DNA from: Takakia lepidozioides
Lineage: Eukaryota > Plantae > Bryophyta
Direction of reading: 5' to 3'
Length of the DNA: 64,000 nt
Assembly: GCA_030704615.1 (NCBI GenBank)
Contig: CM060731.1
Location: 79,980,001-80,044,000, forward strand
Under the pieces are notes generated by a model. It was not told where the DNA came from and ran no database searches. It saw only the letters and a program-made list of their open reading frames with translations. Both the position numbers and the translations under genes were made by a program. Positions within the stretch are counted from its first letter, which is position 1. Each line of letters opens with the position of its first letter. Of this stretch, positions 49,401 to 62,116 are shown piece by piece.

Positions 49401-52400
49401 CCACTGCCACTTAAGATCACTTCCTCCCTCTCCTCTGTCGTTGAATGCTTCCACTGCACATTTGCTGACATTAGCCTCTAGCCCCCAAAGATCAAAGTAT
49501 CTCTTCGCGCAATCAATCAACTCCTGGAGATTGGTTGGAGTCTCCCCTATGCCTGCGAAGTCATCCGCAAACATAAGGGCTGGTATGGTGGTATCACCCA
49601 CCCTTAACCCAAATCCCTCACTTTCCACATCCTCGAGGAGTTGATTGATGAAAACATTGAAGAGCAGAGGGGAGAGAGTACATCCTTGAGCTACACCTTG
49701 GTCTATGTCAAAGAAGTTGGACTTCTGTCCGTTAACAGTGACACAGCTTTTGGTGTGAGCATACAAGTTGTGGACAACTCTCCACATCTTTCCCTTGATC
49801 CCACAAGACCAGAGGCGGAACCATAGGCCATCTCTCCACACTGTGTCATAAGCCTTTTTGACATCCAGGAAAAAGACATAAGTGGGTTTCCCTTCTTTTT
49901 TCCTTCCCTAGATAATCTGGCTTAGAGTGAAGATATGATCCACACAGCCCCTGTTTCGCCGAAAGCCAGCTTGGCCTTCGTGGAAACAACCTCTAGACTC
50001 CAGATCAACCTCGAGACGAGTACTTATAACTCTGCAGAATGTCTGCCAACAGCATTGAGGAGCGTGATGCCACGGTAGTTCCCCGGTTCTTCTCTGTCAC
50101 CCTTCTTGTATAGATTGACAATGACCCCCTGTCGCCAGCGAAAGGGGATCATTTCAGTCTTCCAGATAAGGTTAAAGAGGAGAACTAGGGCCTCTATCAT
50201 GGATCGCCACCGTGCTTGATAAGCTCGTTGACAATACCATCAGGTCCACCAGCTTTATATCCATTTAAATGTTCAATTGCTTCCACAATCTCAGAAAACT
50301 AATGGGAGCATTATAAGCCATTGAAATATACTCCAGTTCATCAGGGCTGTTTTGAATCATAGGAACAGTTTTTCCAACTGTGTCCCTCCATTCAGCAGAA
50401 GACCCCTCACTGTTAGACCTAGAAGTTCTGCCAAGGATACTGTAGTGAGTTTCAAAGGTTTTGACAATGTCAACCGATGAAGTCACCACTGCACCTTTAG
50501 TAGTCTTCAGCGCTTGTACTTGCTGACCGTTTTTCGGTTTGTACAAACGTTGAAGGGCCAACCAGAATTTCTTGTCATTACCACCATGGTGGTTTGAGTT
50601 TATTTCACTGTATAACTTGTCCCAGTATAATTTCTTCTGAGACCTAACAAGCTGATTGATATCTTTACGGAGCTGGTAGTACCTCGCCCACAATTCTCTG
50701 TTGGTTTCCGAAATTGCAGCACTCTTTATAGAGGGCTCGTCTCTCAGCTATCTTGAGTTTAATCTCATTGGTCCACCAATTAACTGCTCTACCGCAGACA
50801 ATTAGTTTCCTCCAATGATCTTGTCAGCCACGGAGGAAACGAAACTCTCCCAAGAGTCCACTGCTCTTTCGACTTCATTTCTTGCGTTAACAGAGCGTGA
50901 CTGAAGTTCTTGGAGCGATTGGACAAAATGAGGGAGCCTCTTGCAAGGCCTGGACGTACTCAGCCTTGACCTCCTCATTGTGGAATTTTCTATGCGCCAC
51001 TTCCGAATCGCACGTTTCACAGATCTCTTGGTGTGGGAAAACACCTTTGATCTCAGTCCAAACCAGGAAGTGGTTAGAGGTACCAATATCAGTTCTGTCG
51101 ATCAACACATTGGCACACTGGGGAACAAAATTTTGTCCATTATGATATAGTCCACAATGGAACGTTCCCCAGTTTGGGGTTTCTCACGAGTCCACTGCAC
51201 TTGGTCACCTCTTGTCCTGTTATTCAAGGTCAAAAGCTGAAGCTCTTCTAGACAGTTAATTAACCGTCTGCCATTAGAATTCAGCTCGTCCTCACCAAAA
51301 GGTCCAATGACATCGTCCTGATGGATCCCTTTGCCCACCCGGGCATTGAAGTCCCCCAATAGTACCACCTGACCTTTGGAACGAAGCACAGTCCAGCTTT
51401 ACATCTTCGAAGGCCTTGTCTGCGTCAGCACTAAGGGTCGCCTCTGTGGGCATGTAAACACAACCAACAAAGAGGTCCTTTGTACTCATGCTGCCCTTCA
51501 AATTCAGTGTTAGCCAGATACTATGCTCGTACCTCAAACCCTTGTTGATAATTTCACAAATGTCAAACAAGAAATCACGGACAAAGAATCCGACCCCTTT
51601 TTGACCCCTTTTTGACCGCGTTTGGCAGAGGCTGCCTTGAGAGTACACATCCTACCTGCCCATTTATAACCAATGACATCTCCAACCAGTTTATCCGACG
51701 TTTCCCATGTTTCTTGCCCAGCACAGATATGAATATCATTAGTCCGAAGAACTTGTCCCACTTCAAGTTGTTTCCTTTGGTTGGTCAACCCTGAGAAGTT
51801 GAAAGTGGCCAGCCGCAAGCCAGCCCTTTGCGTGTGAATTGTTTGTCGTCTAGGTAGCTTGTGATTGCTCCTGGACGGCCAACCGTTCTGCAAAGGGGGG
51901 ACAGTTACCCCATGTATAGATTTTGCTCGTCTTGTGTAAACTTTGAGAATTGGTAAACCATTCAGGGTACCAAATCTTTCAGTTACACGACGCACAGGCT
52001 CTGCACACATAGGGGCAGATTGTCCGTCAGACTGCTTGGGGACAATTACCCCGTGTATAGATTTTGCTCGTCTTGTGTAGACTTTGAGGATTGGTAAACC
52101 ATTTAGAGTACCAAATCCTTCAGTTACACGACGTTCAGGCTCTGCACACTTAGGGACAGATTGTCCATCTGACGGCATGGGGACAATTACCCCGTGTATA
52201 GAATTTGTTCGTCTTGTGTAAACCTTGAGGATTGGTAAACCATTCAGAGTACCAAATCCTTCAGATTCAGGACGTTCAGGTTCCGTACACTTGGGGGCAT
52301 CTTGTCCTTCTGGCTGTTTGGATTCAACCTCATCCAGAGCATCAAACTGATTAGAAACTCTCAAGTTGAGGTTGTTGCCCTTGGTTGTCTTCCTAGAGCG

Positions 52401-53087
52401 CCCCATTGAATCACCAATGTCTAAGACCGCTCTCCAGCCAGTCAAGGGACGAACTTCTTTGAGATTGAATTGATGCGGGACTCTATTAGAAGCACTTTTG
52501 GTCATTGCAACCTTCAACGTACCCCTGTTATCAAGTCTCGAGATGGTACCATTAGCCATGAAATCCAAGCCTAAGCTAGAGCATGTAGTTTTAAAGGACA
52601 CATCGTCCATCCTGGGATTCACCCAAAAACTACACATGAAGCCCTAGATTTGGCATAAGTAACCAATTCCCAGGGATCACCCTGAGGAGTGTTGATGTTG
52701 ATAGGAGCTAAAATTTTTATTGTTTTCGCAGGCCATAAGTTTAAGCACAGGAACCAACCCGAGCCCAAGTGCCGAGTATGCTAGACAGAGCATACGACTG
52801 CCCAATTTGGGCGGAGGGGCTGCCCCCAAGCGGTAGGAGTCCGCTTGTTACCATTCAGAGATCACACTCCAGGGAGTTGCAGGGAATGGCCCGTGTAGGC
52901 ATATTCTAAAGAGGGAAAGGCCCCAAGCTTTCCAACTAAATCCAATGCACTACCTTACCTGAAGCAAAGCGCTTCAGGTCGAAACAAACAAGGACACGAG
53001 GTCACAAGGCCAGCATTTAGTCACAGAGACATTAATGTACTCCCGTTTCAAGTCCACCCGATGTCAATAGGCTTCCTAGAGGACAGG

Positions 53088-53150
<63 letters not shown>

Positions 53151-56100
53151 AACTGCCACAGGAGGTCCCAAGGGCCACAAGACAAACAACAAACCTCAGA
53201 AACTAAAGAGCATATTCTGGGAATTCTTTGTGTGCATTGTTGGGTCTCCTTGTCTGGTATGAAAACCAAGCAGAATGGCAGTCACTACTGGTCAATCCAA
53301 CAAGTAGAACCACAGCAACCAAAGGACAATTCAAAAGCTCTTTGGAGATTTTATGTGCAGGATATGTCTGACTCCATGTTGTTCACCTAATGCCTCAGAA
53401 AGTCACAATCCAAGAGATGCTTTGAATTTTTTTTGCCTTGGCAAGCGTTTTTGACAGAAGAAAACATTACACATGGTTTGTGTTGAGTTACCTTGCGAAC
53501 GCGTTGAGGGGTTAAAACCAATTTACAGATTTCGTCTATTGAGCCAATGCTGTAATCAACAGAGAGGGTAGCGAGTGTCGAGACGTTGAAATGATGATTC
53601 AGTATACACCCATGCCTCTCCAACAGAGCGCGCCAGATCAACATCCGTGCAGCATAGTCTGGATATGGAGTATAAATCCGCTTTGAAAAGAACTTCAGAA
53701 AGTCCTTGGTAAGCTTTGATGGGCCCTTTTTGCCTTGTAAATCCTACCTTCTCCAACTGTGTGAGTATGTAACATCCATGCTATATGGAAGGGGCTTATG
53801 TAAAATACTTTCCTTATCTCAGGAAAATTCAGTCAACACAGGACAACTTAGCACTGTAGGCGATCATAATATAACATATACCATATTAATAACCAAGTCA
53901 CTAATGTTGTCTGCTTGCCTAGCTTTGGCCAACCAAGCTTTGTTTTTAGAGGACAGATCTCTTGTGTTGGCTTTGGTTCTTGATATTACCTGTCCACTGG
54001 GGCCCCTTATACCCAAAAAGTAAAATGGGAATGTTCCTCATTTTATTCCAAACAGACCAAGTGAAGGGGTTTGTCAAGGACAGTTCTGGCTTGTTCTTTG
54101 TTGGGTAAAATACTGTGAGCAGATCGGACGGCCAAAGAACTTGAAAAGTTAGCCTCTCATATTGTCTCATTTGAAGTGTCAAAATCCTTAGTATACTTTC
54201 CTCATGTAATCATTAGTGCCACACCTGAGGGTTGCTGGTGGTGCCCATGAAAAGCACTTGATCACCTGGCTGAACTGCATTCATTTCCTTTATCAATGGT
54301 TTTTTAATGCGGTTCGGTTTATCCTTGAGACCATACGATTTGATTTTCTTCTTATCTGTCACAAACACCTGGATGTCGACAGACAAGCATTTATGAGTCA
54401 ATCAACCCTTTGCTTTTTGGAGGAATTGCCAATAGTATGGAAGGATACAGTCCTATGTTTGTGTTGACAAGTTATAGTTAATTAACATGATTAATGACCT
54501 TTTTACACCTCTCTGGCCCTTTGTAGTCAGTGCCCCCCTTACTCTCTCTTCCATTGGTACCGACAGGAGCAGTGCATGATTCAATATTATGCTTCGTGTA
54601 TGTGAAGTGCAACTCTTACATGAACACTCACTTCCCTGAAGCCATTAGCTGTGTGCACACACCGTGGCAATTAAATAAGTGAAATCTGTACTCTCCTCGA
54701 AGAGGTTTAGCAGCTGGCAGCGGCTGTCATGTAGGTGTGTCATAGCTAATCTTCATAGGGTGGTCAGGAGCTGTGCGCACACACTGTGGCAATTTAAATG
54801 AGTCAAATCTGTACTCTCCAAGAAGAGCTTTAGCAGCTGTCAGCAGGCTGTCCTGTAGGTCTGAAGCTAATCTTCATAGGGTGGTCAGATGTTTAAGGCC
54901 CCAGTATGGTAACTGAAAGGAGTCAATCCGAAGGGGCCAGCCACTGAATGCAGAGGATTACTAGACCTTGAATTCAGGGACAGAGGATACTGTTGGCTAT
55001 CTTGGGAAGTCCTTGAGATCTACAGAGAGACTGATATACTCGTGCTAAAAAATTATAACGGGCCCTTAGCCATTGATCCATGTTGTTGTTCTCTGCTAAA
55101 TCTTGCAATCTTGAACAGGGCATAAGCACTGAGGTGTGTATGAAGTGGGTTTCCCTGCAGTAGTCAAGATTCTGTCAACTATTCTGATCAACCACATATG
55201 GTCCCTGAGGTGGAGGAACCAACTTGCTCAACATCTTTGATGTAAATGACAGAGGGTGCCATAATCTTGGCAATCTTAAAGCACATATGTAGCATCATGG
55301 CTATATTCTTTGGACCTGCATATTTCCCATCAATCACTTCTGCCGAGAGATTTATGAAAGTTGCCCCAGTGGTATGGCATACCGCGTGCGTCTGTATGTC
55401 ATAATCCATGCAACTGTAAGTCGATTGAGTTGCCATTTATGGCATGTAGTTGCTCATTCAGTCAACACTCTCTATAAAGCTTTTGAACTGGCGATGCTAG
55501 CTGGTTGATACTCATTGTTGGCAACTTAGTGGTTCAGACCTATTTGAACTGTCCAGTGGAGTTGGTTAAATGTTAATTGACGTAGTATACATTCTACTAT
55601 AATCCGTAGGGCCACATGCCCATTTGCTGATGACAGAGCCTTCAAGTTCCTCTCAAGCTGTGACAGTAATAGAGATGGGCTGCAACAACTGTTGTTATAC
55701 TACGCTGCAATGACCTATAGATGCCCTAAGTTGGATGATTGCAGGCAAGAAGATTGTAGCGTGTTCTAGTGGGTCCCAAACAGCAGATAGTTAACAGCAG
55801 TGATCATGCCCTATTGTAATTCATGGATGATGTTGTTGAGCTCAGTTGGATGCATTTTTAGCTATTATGGCATCATGGGTGTTACAACCATGCAGGGGTG
55901 GTCAGAGTTGCACGTACCCTGAGTTGCTATTGTACTCTTTGTGAACTTAAAATGATAGTGAATGAGTGAGAGATGGAGAAGCAGATGACCCAAAAGAGAA
56001 ACCAGCATCCAGTTTGGCCCTGAGTTATCTGAAGGTCTGCTACCTTTCAAATCTTCGCCAGGAGAAGGGACATCACTGCCAAAAAGAACTTACCAAAAGG

Positions 56101-59100
56101 GTTTTGCCGGTCTTTTCACCCCCGAACAAGAGCAGAGACTTGACCAAGGGCGCATTCTCATTGACCATCTGTGAGGCAAGTGGGAACACTCCGTACTCTA
56201 TCACCAACCTCTTGACCTGCCAAAATCAAGTGTTCTGGAATGTTAAGCAAACTGGATAGTAAGGAAATTTTCTCCCCTTCTAGAAGCCTGTCTAGGACAC
56301 ATTTGTGCAGGGGTATTTCTCTTTCTGGCATTTCTTTAACATATTCAATGCAGAACTTTCTCAAGTTGCTGGGAATGATATCCAGATGATGGTGAACTCC
56401 CTTTAGCACGTGTGAGGGCACTGACATCAGTATCATCACCGTATGATATAAGTCATATTCTTTTGTCCAAATCTGACATATGAGCAAGTTTAGTCATTGC
56501 CATTACTCGTTGAACAAGGTCTTGGGGAGTTCCACCTCCTACAATTGCAGATCATTTTGCTTGCTATGCTTTCAGTAGGCGCTTGGGCCTGCCGTGCGGA
56601 TCACATCCCCATTGACAGTATCTGTTTAGAAAATAAAACCACTTTCTGCCTGATAATGTGGTCTGTGTAACCTTTCTGACTTCGTATTCGTGAGTGCTAC
56701 TTTTGATAAATGCATGTGAAGAGTGCATACATTTCCTACTGCAAAGTCCCAGCATCCAGCAGCCTCGAAAGTTAAACATTAGTTAGCAATGTGAAGGTCT
56801 AGTTTCTGTCCACTCATTTAACTCCACATATTTAGGAAGGTTTACTTTATGAAGCTCCATAGAATCCTCTGGGAGAGGGGAAATGGCATGAAGATCTGTC
56901 ATTACCTGAGCCATGCTGTTATCCATTTCCCAAAGCTGTATTCTGTCAAAGTTTGTTCCTTGCAACTGATCTTGGGCAACATACTCATGAAATGTTCGAT
57001 GCGGGCAGACCTGCATAATGCCCTCTTTCACAAGTTCCACGTACAAGGATTCTATGGAACGTTTCTCTGTCAAGTCTTTTTTCCTTTTGGGTTTTTTCTT
57101 GGTATGGTCTGGAGGGGGTGGGGGCACCTTAGCTTCAGCCTCCTTCTTGGCCTTGGCTAATGCGACCTTGTCCTTTTTGGCCTACAAACAGATCTCAATT
57201 CCAGAATATCATGACTTTGGACCTTGCCACAGAATGGAAAGGGCATGCAACAGATATCCCTGATCTTATTCCCAGTAACATATGAGATGACCATTTATGC
57301 ATAGCAGACACTTGACAGTTTTGAGTTAAGAGTCTATTTGGTCAATGCCTTTGAACTTAATACTGGAGGGAGTGCATTTAGTCTCATCCTCAAGCTGACA
57401 GTTGATTTGTATTATGGATTATACCTGTTGCTTTTCAGCCTTCAGCTTGGCTTTGAACTCTTTCTCTTTGCCTTCTTTCTTTGCTTGCTTCATGGCAATC
57501 TTAATCGCTTCCTTCTTTTCTTGAGCCAATTTTTTTTTGAGTTGTACAAGGATCTCCCGTGAGCCTAAATCAACGTCCAGCCTCAGCTGTTCAGCAGGTC
57601 AATGCACTTGTATTATGATGGCTGTTGATCTCAAATCCTTGAGAGATGATGTTCAATAGACTAGTATCAGCTTGCATTGACATAATCCTTGACCATTGAA
57701 TGACGATCAGGGCAACATGCGTTGGCTTATCCCAGGATTGAATTAGAAAGCTTAAACCATTTGTAAGAGTGTCCTGACCTCCTCAAAAACCAAGGGGCGC
57801 AATGTACTCTTGAGAAGCTCAGGGTTGTGCTTTTGTCCGTAATTATCGTAGTCATCTTTATCGTACCAAGTATTAATGTAAGTTTGAACTGAGTTTTGGA
57901 CGTGCTGTCCAAAGTAGTTTGGGCACGTGGGGACCTCATCTTCGTCAGCTTCTGGCATCCGGATTCCCTTTTTGGCCTTCTTTTTGCTGCCACAGTCTTT
58001 GACCTCCCCCTTCTTCTTCTTTTCATCTTCAGGCCTCCATAGTTCTGGTGGGGGATCGATAATTTCCTTGCTACCTCCAGCAGCTGCCTTTGGGAAGGGA
58101 GGATAGAAATTTGTGTCTGGGTCTCGGTTCTCGTTCAACCATACATTAATCCTTTCCTACATCACCATTATGTCAGACAAATATTTGTGCCGTTCTTGAC
58201 AAACAACCAGACTGGGTAACTTTGTCACTTTGGGTGACCTGTGAGCTGAGTGGATGCCCCATTTGTTAGACCAATCCACCCATTAACTAAGTCTGCATCT
58301 GTGAATGTTCGGAGTGGTACTTCTGGATGCCATTACATGTTAGCAAAGAGAGATGTCAAGTATATCACACACTTTGGGAAGGTGCAAGTACAATACCTGC
58401 ATGATCTCGCGCATTTCCTGGCCTTCCAGCTCTCTCAGCTTCTGCTTCGTGGCTACCACTTCATCCTTTTCCTCCTGCATGTTGGTTTCTTGGATCTTCC
58501 TTCTCTCAAGATCTGCTTGGAGGATGATTCTGGGATCATTTGGGTTGGTAGGTATGAAATTGTACATGTCTGGAACAAAATGACCACATACTTATTAGGA
58601 CTAATTTTCCTGGGGATAAAATCAGTGACGAGATCGTCGAATCCCAAGCAAAATGGTCATGTTTTTTTCATCTCTCTTGTTTTGGAAAGTAGAGTTTTGC
58701 AAGTAGGAAGTAAGATTTGGATAAAACCAATATCATCCCCCTTCTAACTAATTTTTCAACCATCAAATAGAGTGTAAGTGCCTACGGTCACTATTTCCTA
58801 GCTGCTAGAAAAGTCCTCAACTTTTTGCTCCTGTTCCTAGATACTGTTTGAGGATTGCCCATATACCATTGAGAAGGGGTCGAGAAAGAGGTTAGACAAA
58901 CTTTACAACATACATGTATTAGAGACAGACTTACGAATCAATGTCATCTCGTTTAGAGATGTGGCTGCAGTGGCGAGCCTTCCAAGCATCCCTCGTGCTC
59001 TTAGTGAAAGCTTAGTTAATAGACAAAAACGAAAAAATTATAAAGAAGAAAGTAATTTTACTATCCAAACGTTTGTGTAGAAGTTGTGCAAGGTTCCCCA

Positions 59101-59864
59101 GCTTTGCCTTAAAACTTCTTTTTCCTTACTGAAGTTTTTTCTAATAATTTATTGAATGATTTGATGAGTATAGTGCCTTTACAAAATAATATTAGATCAT
59201 AATTACAATGCTTTGATCAAACACTTATCTTTGACAGATAGGATCAATTTACTTCTCAGTGAATTGTGAGATTCAATGGAGATAAGTGTCTTTTGAGAGG
59301 CTGGTCATGCTTGCAGAGGCTCAACTATGAAGACCATAAATGCTTATCTGCTTAACATCACAAAGTCCAGTGAAGTTGAGCAGCAGTTTAGCCCTGATTC
59401 CCTATGTTGTACTTATTTCTATGTGTTCTTTCCTATAAGCTCTTAGGGGTTCCAGTGGGCAGTAAGAAGTCTGTTTGTTGGTTCCTTATGTTGTACTTCT
59501 CTACGCACAGGCCAGTACTATCGTGTATCAGGTATGCCCATTCTTATTTTGGATTTGAATTTTGCACAAAACTTCTCCCCTTGCCCCTTTCTACTCCATA
59601 GAAAGAATACTCCTTGCCAATTTGGATTCTATGATAGTGAAATGGTCATGGATCCCCCTACACATGCAAAAGAAAACTCTTGGGGGAAGATGCTCTTAAT
59701 TTTGCTGGCTGTAGCGGCATCTTCTCTTTGCCTGATCTGGGATGAAAAGGGATCAAAGGAAGCAGTTCAAAGGATACATGCGCTGTAAAAAGAAGGCAGC
59801 ACTGTCTTTCGTGTGTGTTTTAAGGCCATCATGCTGCTTCTGAAGCTCAATTTCCTGCATAGCC
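46409..59864 (-). CDS. IQCA1: IQ and AAA domain-containing protein (IQCA1 / dynein regulatory complex subunit DRC11), multi-exon, 5' exons not traced
   Basis: GT-AG exons: ~59864-59778 and ~59000-58934 (IQ motif LQRIARGMLGR), ~58569-58396, 58156-57779, 57586-57425, 57181-56906 (KDLTEKRSIESLYVELV), 56216-56094 (Walker A LLLFGGEKTGKT), ~55392-55224 (APSVIYIKDVE), ~54368-54225, 53742-53492 (PYPDYAARMLIW), ~46958-46869, last exon to TAG at 46409. Confidence 0.85.
46985..47295. repeat. Intronic imperfect tandem repeat
   Basis: aaatgaaatggt(a/g)ctttataa...aa(c/g)tcaaagagcttatggga about 4 times; a further copy near 60060. Confidence 0.6.
47741..48205 (-). mobile_element. Two extra 5'-truncated LINE 3' ends in tandem downstream of the long copy
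   Basis: gtactcataagac(g/c)ttgttt(g/t)ccgtagccttgtggcc.ttgac at ~47760, ~47841 and ~48224. Confidence 0.85.
48211..52750 (-). mobile_element. Near-full-length LINE (APE endonuclease + RT + C-terminal CCHC), frameshifted, in an IQCA1 intron
   Basis: LRLATFNFSGL..AGQETW, VVLLGDFNARVG, SIVDYII, SNHFLV (APE); QAGFR..GCVDHIF, GVAQGCTLSPLLFN, LMFADD, YTYLGV (RT); CPLCGQSEDSIHFLIHC; (TC)n tail just after the stop; 5' end uncertain. Confidence 0.93.
51897..52308 (-). repeat. Three in-frame 141-bp (47-aa) repeats N-terminal to the LINE endonuclease
   Basis: PKCxEPERxxxEGFGTLNGLPILKVYTRRxxSIHGVIVP three times. Confidence 0.92.
53093..53145. repeat. (AG)n microsatellite
   Basis: ~26 perfect AG units. 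Confidence 0.98.
54647..54888. repeat. Intronic tandem duplication, ~123-bp period
   Basis: agctgtg(t/c)gcacacac..tggcaatt..aaatctgtactctcc..tttagcagctg..gctaatcttcatagggtggtcag twice. Confidence 0.85.
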
Positions 59865-60199
59865 CTATACACATTACATGTTCAGTTCCTGCGACATCTA
59901 ATATTTGTGTTGCAATCTCCCTTAAGAAAAAAAAATCCTGATCTGACCTCCCAAGCTCAGCACAAAATGAAGGGAAAAAAGACTAGTAAAAGAATATTTA
60001 GGAAGCATGGAACACATCAGAATACTATGAAACCCAAAAGAGTGGATGAAAGAAAGAAGTGGAATGAAGGGTTACTTTATAATGGCTGTGGAAAGCTCAA
60101 AGATTGTTAGACAAGAGAAAGCATGAAACAAACAAAAGAGAGGGGTGGCTCAAAACAACTTTGGTTCAAATTGTTTGGCTAGTCAACACATCAAGCAGA

Positions 60200-61270
60200 T
60201 TTGCACCAAGTATTTGTGATCCTCGTAAAGGCAGATATTTGTGAGAGATTGGGTACCTTGGAACAGAATAGAATCACCCATGGTAGTAGAAAGGACTGAA
60301 AGAAATGTTCCCTGTTGTTTCCATCGCAAGCGGAGCAGGTGGTCCTCACATTGCAGGTTGTCCCACCCACCAGGCTGACTGTGGGAAACCACCCTAAACC
60401 TTCCCAATGCCCTTGGAAAGGAGGGAGATAGAAGTGTAGAGAGGTAATTGGGCCTCAAGATTCTATTGTCACGGAGGACCAAAAATGTGTCGCGATCGAA
60501 CTGCAGTTCTCGTACCATGCATCTACTTTCCACCCCCTCCATAGTTTTGTGGCAAGCAACGGAGAGTTCGTGGGGCTCAAAAACATTGGAGACCCGATCA
60601 TAGCAGGTCTTGAAACCAGCGTTGTTGGGTTTGATAGAGGTTGTGAGGGCCCGGGCTGTCAGCCATTCGGGAGGGAGGGCGTGCAACTTGAAACATTGAA
60701 AGCCCGAAGGTGGCCTCGGTTTGAAGTGGTACACACTCAAATTCAAGATATAGAATAGTGACGATGTTGTACCGCTAGCACCAAGCATTCCTTGGTGAAA
60801 AGACGATTGCAGAGGTTGATTTTTCTCCCACCAGCAAACTGGGACACCGGGGCCCAGAACTCGCAGCCACTTAGGTGATGACCGAGTCCAAGTGCCCACT
60901 TTTTGGGTGCAGGTGTGTTTGTCTGCATGTAGCCTGAAGACGTATGGAGGCAGCCTTGCCGTTTGTCAATCTGTCCATTGCAGTTGATGCCTGAACTATG
61001 GGTGAGTGGATAGGCAAACCCTGGTATGGGTATGATTTCACGACTTCAATCTCTTGCTGCTTGAAGAGGAACCTCCGATCAGCATGGCCAGCATGGCTGG
61101 AAGTTGTTGAGGGACCTGCAACCCATAGTCTTTGGAGAAGTCTTCTAGGATGCGAAAGTGTCAGGATTGTGCCAATAAGACAACGTCATCGGCGTAGAGA
61201 AGTGCTTATTGTGTTGGTCCCCCCCACTCCATTATTCTTCGCAATGTATCCTTCCAAATGTCTATGTAGA
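60200..61270 (-). mobile_element. Degraded 3' part of a different LINE family
   Basis: EIEVVKSYPY.G (RT thumb-like) and RPNYLS...ALGRFRVVSH...GGWD (pre-zinc-finger motif); frameshifted. Confidence 0.55.
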
Positions 61271-61564
61271 TTCCAAATGGGTAGGTGAGAGAGGGAGCCC
61301 TGCTTGACCCAATGTTTCTGTGTATCTCTGCTTAGAGCTCCCCTGCAAACTTATAACGTTCACAGGACAAGGAGGCAGGATACAAGAAAGAAGACGGTGC
61401 CCTTAAAATTACAAATGAACATCGAGAGAGAGCCTCATGAAGAGCATGTCTCTGCTCCTCCTGGTGGTACACCGCCGTCAAGGCTGTCTGATTAGACAAT
61501 AGAAGAAATGAATTCGTCATGTTGTTGAAAGACCCAAAGAACCCAAGGGACACAAGTAGGAGAA

Positions 61565-61645
61565 CAATTTGAGAGAGAAAGTATTCCTAAGACGTTTTCT
61601 GTAGCCTTGTGGCCCGTAGACCCCATGCCCAGTTTGGCCAGAACA
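61565..61645 (-). mobile_element. Very short 3' end of the 48-52 kb LINE family
   Basis: gtattcctaagacgttttctgtagccttgtggcccgtagaccccatgcccagtttg next to gagagagaaa. Confidence 0.7.
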
Positions 61646-62116
61646 AGAGGAAGTGAGGAGAGGGATTAGACAGTTCGTGATCAAAACTGAAAATGATGTC
61701 ACATAGAAACACTTGGAGAGTCATAGCATATCACCATACAGCCTTTACAGGGACCATCACAGACCCTCATAGTTTTTCAGTTCTGAGAATGCAAGTATGA
61801 GGATACAGCTCATACCCAAACTCCATTACATTTGCTTAGAGACTTCTGCTTTATTAGTCAGTAGTCAAAACAGCAAGACACACAACTATACTTATGAGGA
61901 GGTGTGGGTGGGGATTATGTATATTCACCCCATTGGAGCCTACTTGGCAACCAGTGACATAGTCACCTCACCCTAACTACAAGGATGGGAGGGTGCTTAG
62001 TGACTTCATACCTAACAAACACCCAAACTGTCTCAACCCAGATCTGCCTCCTTACCACCCTTTACAAATCCTTACTGGATTAAGTAATCCAAGAGTGGAG
62101 GTAGCCATATTCAAGG

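Noticed and set aside
53061-53390. ORF with ERERER run
   Set aside because: Translation of the (AG)n microsatellite
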